Part shown: one piece after another, positions 53,554 through 64,000 of the stretch
Numbering within the stretch: the first letter of the stretch is position 1
Layout of the letters: each line of letters opens with the position of its first letter
Assembly (NCBI GenBank): GCA_043228905.1
Contig: JBHGNT010000001.1
Span: forward strand, 7,998,001 to 8,062,000
Source: Azolla caroliniana
Lineage: Eukaryota; Plantae; Polypodiophyta
Reading direction: 5' to 3'
DNA length: 64,000 nucleotides
Made by a program: the position numbers and the translations under genes
The notes under the pieces: model-generated
Told to the model about the DNA's origin: nothing
The model's input: only the letters and a program-made list of their open reading frames with translations
Databases searched by the model: none

Positions 53554-54105
53554 AAACACAAAATAAGGTTGTGAGAGAAATTTGATGGCACATGAATGCA
53601 TCAACATGGGTTCATCAACCATCCCCAACCTTTGCATTCCTTTACTTTGATTATTTCAAGTGAGTCACGTGTAATTGACACCTTCCTAACAAGACCAACA
53701 CACACAAATACAACTTCATGGATTCATCATCCATATGCAACCTTGGCAATACTTTGTTTTGATTATTTCGAGCAACTCACCTAGTGTAAACTCTCCATCA
53801 CTCTATGACGAGTTCTTCGCTTTCCTACAAAGTTTGAAACCACCTTTGGTGACACTAGAAAACATGTAGCCTTCGAGAACAAGCTCTATAACTTACAAGT
53901 TACAACATGGGTCATTGGTAGCTTTGATAAATGCCATCAAATTTCTAGCAACTTGCATGTGATGTTAACTAAGAAGAGCATGATTTCCTTCGCCAATTCC
54001 ACCATGGGCTCCTAAGTGACAAAGAATTTCTTGCTCAACCTCATTAAACTAGGCAACCTTAGTGAAGCGATTAACTAAGTTGGTTGTTATGACAAATAAT
54101 TGTTT
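53554..54105 (+). mobile_element. Decayed Ty3/gypsy gag (capsid) remnant
   Basis: Interrupted translation KIRL*EKFDGT*MHQHGFINH ... KFETTFGDTRKHVAFENKLYNLQ ... QLACDVN*EEHDFLRQFHHGLLSD ... LSEAIN follows the Retrotrans_gag motif order. Confidence 0.7.
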
Positions 54106-54449
54106 GGCTTGATCATTCTACCTTGGTCAACATCTATGCCCTCCTAATTTGGCGATGTCTCCCTAAGTTCTTAATGAATTAATGGTGATGTCTCCATAAA
54201 CCAAAGATTTAGCCTTGGCGTAGCCCAGAATTTGTTATACTCAAAATCTCCAATCTATAGTACTTATTTATTCATGGGATAGGTAGGTGTTGTGAATATC
54301 TAGGCTTTAGGAGTGTATAAACACTTTGATGACATAAGAAAAGAGGATGCAATTAGTGAAGCATGTAAGGAAGCAATACAATATTTGCATTTAGCTACAA
54401 ACATATGGACAAAACAATGATAGCTAGAGTGTAGAACATTGCAATTCTT

Positions 54450-54625
54450 GAGAGTAGCCACATTGACAAACAACTTGATCTTTCACACCAAAGCATATAA
54501 AAGTGCACTATCACTATATTCAAGATTGAATTGAGTGGTTCGTTAGAGAGCCACATTGATGAATGACATGGTCTTTCATACAAAAACGAAACACATAAAA
54601 GTGCACCATCAGTATATTCAAGATG
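54450..54625. repeat. ~95-bp imperfect tandem duplication
   Basis: agccacattga..tctttca..ataaaagtgcac(t/c)atca(c/g)tatattcaagat occurs twice. Confidence 0.75.
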
Positions 54626-55837
54626 ACATTGAGAAGAATCATATTATCACAATATTGCATTGAGCACACATATAAGAATGTATAAGAAAACAATACAATT
54701 GCACTTTCATAAACTCTTTCTACAACCCTCTTTGGTCAATATTGCAATTTTATGTGAATAACAAATCTAATCACATGCCATGCCCATCAAGTGGAAGACG
54801 GTTTTCCTACATAATTTGTAGATTGATGCCTACATTAAGAATATATATATGGCTCCTATATAATTTATATGTAGATGTAGATACTTGCATTAGTAGGATG
54901 CAGATGTTTACATAATTTATTTGTAGATGGTTTCCGACATGAGCGTAGGTTGATAAGAATTGTTAGCTACCCACCATGTGTTGGTGAAAGGACTATATGA
55001 GGAGATAATATACGAGCAAGGGTGACAACTCTTGTTGTTCTTGGGAAGCTTGCAAATATTGTAGTATATGTTGTTGATAACTTGACTGTTGTAGCAATAG
55101 TAGTATAGTGTCCCACTAAGGGTCAATCTTGACCATTGTACTCCTATACGTAGTGAGTTGCATATTTCTTGTATTTGTAAATGTGTCATATCTTTGGTTT
55201 TGGCCTTACTCAAAACCCCATTTCTATTATGTAGGTACCACTCTAGCTCCACTATGCTATTACACACATCTTAGGGTGGTGCTTGTTGGTTTACTTCAAC
55301 ATCTATTGCAAGTGAGCTCTTTCGGCACCTTATTTTAAGAGGAGTTGGCTTTATGTCAACCAATCTTACAAGACATTAATGAGTTTATTTTGCTATAAGA
55401 TGCTCACTATTGTAGTGACAACAAGGGTTTTGTGTATTGCCATGCTGGTTTAATATATAAATCTACTTTATTGTTAGGGGCGGTGGGAGAGAGAGAAAGA
55501 AAAATATAATTAACGTCTTCTAAGACCAAAGTTGTCTCATGAGGCAATTGGTTACAATAATGGGATGTGTACCCAGTCATCGAAAGGAGAGAGAGAGATC
55601 CCTACATTCCACAGTGGCATATACTAAATTAAGAGGTTATGTATGGAGTAATAAAGAGGTGAGAAATTTGTAACTCGAACTCAAGACCTAAGGTTAGTAA
55701 TGTATGAACATACCACTACGGTAAGGTAATTAAACAAATAAGTAATAAACTTCTATATTTGTTGTAGTCATGCTAGTGCTTTCTTCTTTCATAATGAAAG
55801 CCATTATTTACTAAAAAAAAGGGAGGGAGAAAGATGC

Positions 55838-55838
<1 letters not shown>

Positions 55839-55886
<48 letters not shown>

Positions 55887-56310
55887 ACTTGAGTGCATGA
55901 ATGACATGATAGAACATTTGTAATATGTAATATGTAAGAGTGTGTGTGTAAGAAATGAAGGTTAAGGGTTGAAAGAAGTGTGTGTGTGTGTGTGTGTGTA
56001 CTCCAACGGAAATGGAGGTTAAGAATTGAAAGAAGGTTTCACAAGACAACAATTGGCACTTAGCAACAATGGGCCCCAAGGTTTGATGTATTGAAATGTC
56101 TTTCTTTATGTATGAGACATATGTGTCTACCTAGAGTATACATACATATAGATAGATAGATAGATACAAACAAACATACCTTGAGAGAGAGAGAGAGATT
56201 GACAAGGCCACCCGAGAGAGACATGTGTGGGGTACATGAAAGACAGCTAGGTTTGTAAAAGCACATGAAGGGGAGTTAGAGACCACGTAAAGAAAGTTTT
56301 GGACCTTTCC

Positions 56311-56350
<40 letters not shown>

Positions 56351-56447
56351 TAATTAGCATGTTACTAAATAGCCTAAACAAAACCCCCCAAAAGAGTTAA
56401 TAAAAAAAAGAGCCCAATTGACAATAAGTGATGAATGATTCTTAACT

Positions 56448-56480
<33 letters not shown>
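55839..56480. repeat. Microsatellite cluster (GA, GT, GATA, CA, CT) upstream of XTH
   Basis: Runs at about 55840, 55978, 56149, 56183, 56315 and 56452. Confidence 0.9.
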
Positions 56481-56483
<3 letters not shown>

Positions 56484-56632
56484 CACTTTTATGTTTGTTT
56501 TTCAAAAATGTATGTACATATATGGATGGATGGGTGGATGGATGGATTCAGTTGCTCTGTTTTTCTTTTATCTCCTTTCTTCATTCTCACTTTCTTGAAG
56601 CTTTCCTTATAGCTTCTAAGCAGTTTCACACT

Positions 56633-59600
56633 ATGGCTTCTTCATCTCCATCTTCTTCTTCTTCTTCTTCACTATATCTACAACTGATCTTCATTGCAAC
56701 TAATGTTGCTGCTCTCCTCTTCTTCCTTCCCATTGCCTCCTCTCTTTCTACTACTAGTAATGCAGGTAATGATCTCATCTCCTCTGTTTTCTACACCATG
56801 TCAAGCCCACACAATGTACAGTATGTGGATGGCGGCAAGGAGATCCATCTCACCTTAGATCAGAAAAATGGTAAAATATGAAATCAGTATTTAATATCAT
56901 TTTGTAAATAGTTCAACTGCTATGCATTCATCATTAACTTAACCATGGTTGACTTACAATGCTTATCATCTTAAGTTAACCATGTCAATTGAGTTCTTTG
57001 TTTTTATGTGACCACGCACACATAAAACTAATCAATTGACAATGGTAACTTAATGCGCGAGCATGATTTATATGCAACAAAACAATACTCATACCCAATC
57101 GTGACCAAAGCATGAATAGGTTATGCAAATAAACAACATTAGTGTCTTAGCTAGATCAATATGGCTGCAATAAAAGTTGTCTGGCCACTCACATTACCAT
57201 GTATCACTTTAAAAGTGCTTGTTTCTTTGTTTCAAACCAATGGTTGGTTGTTATGTCATCACCTAATTATATGTTAGATCTAGCATGTAACAACATTTGC
57301 ATTTACTACTAGCAAACAGAGTATTTACCACGAGAGCCCAACACCATGTATTAAGCACTCAATGTAATGGTGGTCTAACCATTCATTTGGAGCTCAAAGC
57401 ATGAATAAGTAATATACAAAAAGAAGTGCCTTTGACATTACATGGACATCAATTAAAAATCATGTTTTCCATTCTCCCTAATGGTTAACTATCTACGATG
57501 CTACATATAAATGTGTCGATCCAAAGCATGCCAACCTAGTGTCATAACAAGGTGAAAAAAGGTTCACCTCCATGCCCCCAATGATTGGTAAGAGATCAAA
57601 ATTCATAAAGCAAGAAATTATTATGTCGGAGAAATGAAACAAATGAACAATGATGGCTATATTTGTGTGGAAGAGGACAAGAGAGAAATGGTACAAATCA
57701 TTCAATGCGATTAAAATTCTAGTGCATGTGCCTTCAAATAAGAAAAAAGAAAACTATAGAATTTCATTTTTCACGAAATAAGATAACTAATCCTTGATGG
57801 TGCTAGAAAGCCTTGGGGGGCCTACTTAAAGTTGTACAAGTGTGAATATCTAAAGTGGTGTCAAAAAGTATATCACATTAATTGTGGTTAATGAAAATAG
57901 TGAATTCATGTCATTTCATCCCATCTTGTTAGTAGCCCCAAGTTCCTATATGTTCAACATAATGAACCATCCATAATGGTTAACGTGGTATGGTTATGCT
58001 TTCTATTTTTGTTAACTAAACCATTAATAATACAAATGGGATGAATGACAGCCTCTGGCTTTCAATCGTACAACCAATACTTATTCGGACACTTCAACAT
58101 GAAGATAAAGCTAGCACCTGGAGATTCTGCAGGAACAGTGACAACATATTATGTAAGATAAATGCTCTTTACATTATGTTGTGATTATTATTAACGTTAA
58201 CCTAGTGTAATATGAGTATAAACTATTACTATCAATGACTATAGTTTATCGAATGAAGTTTGTGAAGATTTAGATTAATTACAAATCTTGCTTTAGTGTT
58301 GAGGTTAAGACTGACACTTAATTTGACAATGATCAATCTAATGGTGATGTTATGACTTATTTTAGTGAAAAATATTGATCTAATGATAGATTATGTATAT
58401 GGACCTAATTGATTTTTGAATGATTTAATGTAGTTTTCTTCACTAGGACTCCAACATGATGAATTGGACTTCGAATTTTTGGGCAATGTGTCTGGAGAAC
58501 CAATCATCTTACAAACGAATGTGTATGCCAATGGGGTAGGGGGAAGAGAACAACGCATTTTCTTGTGGTTTGATCCCACTTCAGATTTCCACAACTATTC
58601 TATTTTATGGAATCGACAACAAGTAGTGTAAGTTCACACTTTGACGCACTCTCAAATTAAAAGGATACATCATGCATTCATGTCAAGTGAAGTTAGACAT
58701 ATAATGATCTCTCACTTTCCATTATGTAAATGCATGTAATGATAAGGGAACATTTAATGGCAAATCTTGTAGATAATGCAAATTCTACCAGACTCCATCA
58801 CATCCATAGTAATTAGTAGGTGTTGGATAAAGGTGGCATGCACAAGGAACATCCAAACATAGCCTATGTGATGGTATTTCAAAGTTATGGATGAACACTA
58901 TAGAAAAAACTTTGGTTGAGTTGCCTAAACCATATGGGACCCTAAGACCCATCATTAGGTGTCCCATTGCTACCACAATATGTCTCATAAAACTTCTCTT
59001 TTGTCTTAAACTGCAAATTATATTGCGACATGCTCATACACATAAATGCATACCAAGGTATCATACCTCCCCTTAAAACCATTACCCGTGAAATATCAAG
59101 TTGATTGCTTGATTGATCATTGTGTTTGTGATTGGTTCCTTAGTTTTATGATGTTGTGAAGATTAATGATTGTGTTCTTATGTGAAGTTCATCATTGATA
59201 GATTCATTGAAAGTGTTGGAATGGAATAGTTATCATATGCTTTGCAAGCATTTACGATTTAGCTTAATAAGTGGCGCATTCTGGTATGTGAACAAAAATA
59301 TTTGCCCATAGGCGTGTCATCATAGGATACCAATGAGGCCAAAGACTACAACCTACAACATCCAAATATCTATGAAACCAAGTTCGATGAGAAGGCTATA
59401 GCCTATAAAGGTAGGTGAAGCCACACATGAGTGTACTTTCAAATGGATTATGAAAGCATATTGAATTTTTATAACTTTCTTATGGTCATAGTAAGTTAAA
59501 GAGAGAGTGTGTTCGTTAATTTACTTGTACACTTACACGCATTGAACAATGTCATGGGTAAAGTCATCATCTCTAAGATACATGACCATTGACCATCCCA

Positions 59601-61510
59601 ACATTTCCATAAACACTTCAAATAACTTTGGTGGATGCCTAAAAGGGAAGCATATTTCTTTCTATATAAATTTAAGGGTATGACATCACAAATTATTCAT
59701 GAGGATATAGCATAAAATTCCCCTAAACACAACAATTCCACATATCCTCACATGTAGGACACCTCAAATATTGGTCAATGATATCTAAGGCATCTAGAGT
59801 ATGCAAAAGAAATCCATTCTAGTGATTATTCAATAGACATAAGAAGGTGAACTACTGGTTGTATGTGTATCAACAAGAGATTTGTTAGGCAAAATAGGAA
59901 TATATACACACACAAGGAATATCAAACTTTTCCTTTGTGGAAAGGTTCATGATTGATACGACTATATAAAGATTGGAGAGCACCTAACTATCAATGTATT
60001 AGCTCTAAAGGTCATTAAGTGCACGTCTCTATGAATTCCAAATGAACTTTATGAGACAAAGGCATAGGATATGATCCATATAATGTGCCAAATGAACACA
60101 AGCCAAAATGCATATACAAACTCTAGAACATTAACATGTTTGGACATGCAACTTATTGACAATAGATCTCCAGAGGCTCAAAAGTGGAGATACTTTAAAG
60201 CTCTATGGCGATTACACAAAAACAAGGGGCTTGTGGAAGTTTGACATTTGCTTGATACTTGCAAGGAGAACCTAAAGAATAACAAAATTGACATAATGTC
60301 ATTGTGAGCAACATATATTTCTCAAGATTATAATGAAGCAATTCCCATTATGCATAGAAAAAGTATTCTATTTTAATGCATTGAAGTTAGAAGCACTTGA
60401 CGTTCATGATTTGACTTAGATTGAAGGGCGAATACTTGTATTCGTGCCTAGGGACACATGGTAAGGTTACTCTTAAGTCACCATGAAATAAAATGAAGGC
60501 CTACATTAGAGTAGTAGGTACATTGACTAGTTATTGTAAATCGGTGTCATCTTTTGATGTTTATGATTGAATTCTAATGAGAAGGAGGTTCCATTTGTTA
60601 TCTCCTGCTTTGTTTTTCCCATAATACTCTTGGACACCATGACTCATATGCTTGAGATTTCCAAGAAACATGATTTGTCTCTTAATTAAAGAGTTGTTAT
60701 TTATCAAAACATGTTGTAGTTAAACGCAAAGATAAAAGTTCCATCATTCATTTACTTCTTGTAAAGTCACAGTATTGTGTCAAAGAATATTAGAAAGTTA
60801 AGTGAGTCCAAACCTGATTATATTAGTTATTCATGAATGTACAATACATATTGACTACATAAAATGGCTATTTATGCTAGCGTATCAAAAACTAAAACTT
60901 GAATTGTGTGGAATGTAGTTTCTTTGTGGACAATGTACCTATTAGAGTATTTCCCAACATAGAGGCAAAGACGGGAGTCCCTTACTTGCACAATCAAAGC
61001 ATGAATGTGTATGCAACAATATGGGATGGCGATGATTGGGCAACAGAAGGAGGTCGAATAAAGGTCAATTGGACTCATGCACCTTTTGTTGCATCATATA
61101 GGGAATTTAGTGCAGATGCTTGCATTGACACTAATGCTAATGCGGCATCAGAATGCGCATCGCTTAAGTGGTGGAACCAATATGAATATCAAGTTTTAGA
61201 TTATGCTCAACTTGGGCAATTAAAGTGGGTGCAAGAAAACATGACAGTCTACAATTATTGTACTGATTATGCACGATACAACGTTACACCTCCCGAATGT
61301 CTATACTCGACCCCTATATCATTTAGCACTGCACCATCTAATGTTCCATCTTCCTCGTATGCTCCTTCGCCAAGTCCCTCTATGCACAATTTTGTTTCAC
61401 CTTCGCCTTCTAATGTTCTTCAATCCAACTCACAAGTCTCTCCACAAGTGACCTTGCTTACACTCACTCAATTCATACTTGTCTCTTTTCTCTATGTACT
61501 ATTGTATTGA
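56633..61510 (+). CDS. XTH: Xyloglucan endotransglucosylase/hydrolase (GH16 plus XET_C), 4 exons (56633-56870, 58052-58152, 58434-58627, 60919-61510), 374 aa, with a C-terminal extension
   Basis: Signal peptide; [10 protein letters not shown]; catalytic [13 protein letters not shown]; [31 protein letters not shown] and PPEC. Internal exons of 101 and 194 bp are typical of XTH genes. 1125 nt, in frame. Confidence 0.96.
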
Positions 61511-63397
61511 TCCACTCTTTGTATTTTGCACATTACCATTTTATTCTGAAATCTTTTCCTGAGACCTCCATCTGAACCAAACACATACATACACCTCTAA
61601 CAATGTGTTTGGCACTTTGTATGGTATCCTATTTCTTCCTATCCACTACCCAAATTTAAATAAGATATTCAACACAAAAGCAATAAAATTATTTTTTTAT
61701 CCACTGTATCAAGTGAATTTGATAAAGCCATACATTTCTAAAGTACAATGAAGAGTAATTATACATGATATTATACACTAAGTTTTGGACATCCTCACCT
61801 ATTTGAAATTACTCTTTAGGTTCACAAGTTTGTCTTGATAGTACAATGGCAAAGCTTGAGATGTATAAGTTTTAAGCTACAACTCATTATCTCGTTATAA
61901 CATTTATCATATGTCTAGTTTTGGACATCCTCACCTATTTGCTCAACAAAGGGTAGAAAGCAATTGCTTTGTCCATAAACGATTATTCTTGGCATTAAGC
62001 TCCCTAAAACTCTTTATTGGTTGACAACTAATATCTTACTCATCTTATCGGTACCATTCAGTGTAAAAAGATCAATAAATCCATGCTTTTGTCTCAAAAA
62101 ACTCCATTTCAGATTTATATTTAAAGTTAGCAGTAGCACAAACTTGACTTCATATGCATGCTGACATTTAAGGCCAACGACCATGCATAGACTCCTATAC
62201 ATGTGCTGAAGTGCTAGCTAGCTCCGCATTACCCAACAATCATACCATATGGTATGCATGTGGGGTCCAAATCTGAATATGAATATGAATATGCACATGT
62301 ATTATGTGTATGAAAATATCCATAAATTGGTTTTTCCTAGAGGTTGTCTTGTATTTGTTGTTTCATCATCACTTTCCGAAAATCCAACATGACTACAAAA
62401 ACACTTTGAATGAGCCAAGTAAAAGTTTTCCTACTTGACTTTCATGCTTCTTTGAACATGCTTGGGGATTAAGTCTCTTAACATGTCAAACAAATCATGT
62501 ACCTATACACGACTTTGATATGCAATGCAACCACACATCTTTTTCAATTTCCCATGTGTCCTACAATCACCGGAAACCCCAGTCATTTTCATCAATGTCA
62601 AAAACTCAAGCATTATTTATAATAACAAAAAATGTAGGCACTTCATATCAAGACATTTGGAAACTACAACAGGATAACACGTATACGTATTTTAAGAAGC
62701 AGAATTGATGTAGTGTTGAGTGATAATGTAAAGTATTGGCTATGTATAGAGGAAGAACAAAGTGTTCTTGGCACACATGCGCTTCCAAACAATTTGCAAA
62801 AGAATCTCTTTTTATGAATGAATTGGTTGTTTTTACTATATGAAGTACGACAAACAATTCTAAGGTAGCAACCAAATTGATGACTGTGTCACACAGTTAT
62901 ATGTAGGATATGAAAATGGAAGTGAAATCATGCTTATGTTTTCCCTTTCCTGAAATGGAAAGTGGAGAAACTCCAAAGACTTATAAGGTTTATATATATA
63001 CAGAGACTCTCTTCATGTAGTCTATGAAGACCCACCAGTTAATAATATTGTGACACATTGTGATATTGGGTATAAGTACGACAATATTAGCCAACTCTCA
63101 CAATCACAAATGTGCTAAGAAGGTGATGGAATTTAGACGGGTAAAAATAATATTGATACAACATATCTTGTGAAAACGTGGGACAGGATATCAATACATG
63201 CTGGCAGGCACTCATGGCAAAAGCCCTTAAAGAGGAACTTCATTGTTATCCTTTTGATAGCTTGGGAAAGAATGAAATGAATAGATTTATGTGGCTACTA
63301 TTCTTGTTCTAGTTAAGGATTCTCCATCCATTAACCCGACACACAAACCAAACAAAAGAAAAGAAAAAAAGAGTGACGCGAGTTGCGAATAACACTT

Positions 63398-64000
63398 TCA
63401 TCTTGCAAACACACCAGAATAACTGGGAATCTTGTTGAGGTGCTTGAGTGCCTTCTCAGCCATCTGCTTTGTCTGATTGTTACCATACCGAAAAGCTTCC
63501 ACTAATGCGGTATGGACATTCCCATCTTTCAAGATGGTGCGAGCCATGTTATCATCCCTCAGAATACACTCCACGATGCTCACTGATTGTTGCTGAGCAT
63601 TGTCAGTCCGATGTTCCCTCATGATATCAAGGATAGGCTGAATCGCTCCAGCACTGCTTAAAACCTGAATACCCCCTTCAATATTACCATTATTTTGTCC
63701 ATCCATCAACAATGTTGAAAGCGCCTTTAAAGCAGATTCCACCACTCTCATGTTCTGATGCTCAAGGCAAACCACAAGGGGAACCACGGCCCCAGCCTCG
63801 TGAAGGCAAAATGTTTGCTTTGCAGAGCATATACCCCCATGAACCTTGCATAAACCCACTACCTTCTTTGGCATTGATGGCCGCAGGCATGCTAGCAATC
63901 CTGGTCTAAGTATCACTGGCTCAGGTTCTGTTGATAATGCCCTGGAATATAAAGACATGTTAGCCAATGCGAGAGCCGATAGGCACCGGACTTCGTCGAT
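63398..64000 (-). CDS. C-terminal ARM-repeat region of a U-box/ARM E3 ligase, SAUL1/PUB43-44-like; 5' part beyond the window
   Basis: The frame is open to the window edge (IDEVRCLSALALANMS...). CKVHGGICSAKQTFCLHEAGAVVPLV and the terminal ALVEAFRYG...AEKALKHLNKIPSYSGVF match this subfamily. The U-box itself is not visible. Confidence 0.8.
   Translation of the reverse strand: MDEVRCLSALALANMSLYSRALSTEPEPVILRPGLLACLRPSMPKKVVGLCKVHGGICSAKQTFCLHEAGAVVPLVVCLEHQNMRVVESALKALSTLLMDGQNNGNIEGGIQVLSSAGAIQPILDIMREHRTDNAQQQSVSIVECILRDDNMARTILKDGNVHTALVEAFRYGNNQTKQMAEKALKHLNKIPSYSGVFAR

Noticed and set aside
54917-55338. 116-aa and 69-aa ORFs
   Set aside because: No recognisable motif or splice context; probably decayed TE or chance ORFs.
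56435-56632. Upstream in-frame extension of XTH
   Set aside because: It runs through (CT)n and (GGAT)n; the ATG at 56633 gives a normal signal peptide.

Overview
AT-rich, intron-rich nuclear DNA from a land plant; repeat content and gene structures suggest a fern or other seed-free plant, which is inference only. Bases 1-18385 are repeated almost identically at 23267-41665 (offset about 23.27 kb), with a 100-N scaffold gap at 18386-18485 exactly at the junction. This is most likely two haplotype contigs placed in tandem, though a recent segmental duplication is possible. Each copy holds the 3' part of an ASCC3/DExH14 Ski2-like helicase (+), a strictosidine-synthase-like gene (-) and an alpha/beta hydrolase (-). 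The unique right part holds a MINDY deubiquitinase (+, CaaX end, 132-bp internal duplication), a tRNA-Leu(AAG), decayed retroelement remnants, an XTH (+) and the 3' end of a SAUL1/PUB43-44-like ARM gene (-). Two observations stand out. First, the XTH has a Ser/Pro-rich linker, a GPI-signal-like tail and altered cleft residues. Second, a tandem array of initiator-tRNA(Met)-derived units with a shared tail lies between the SSL and hydrolase genes. All alignments and splice models were read by eye.
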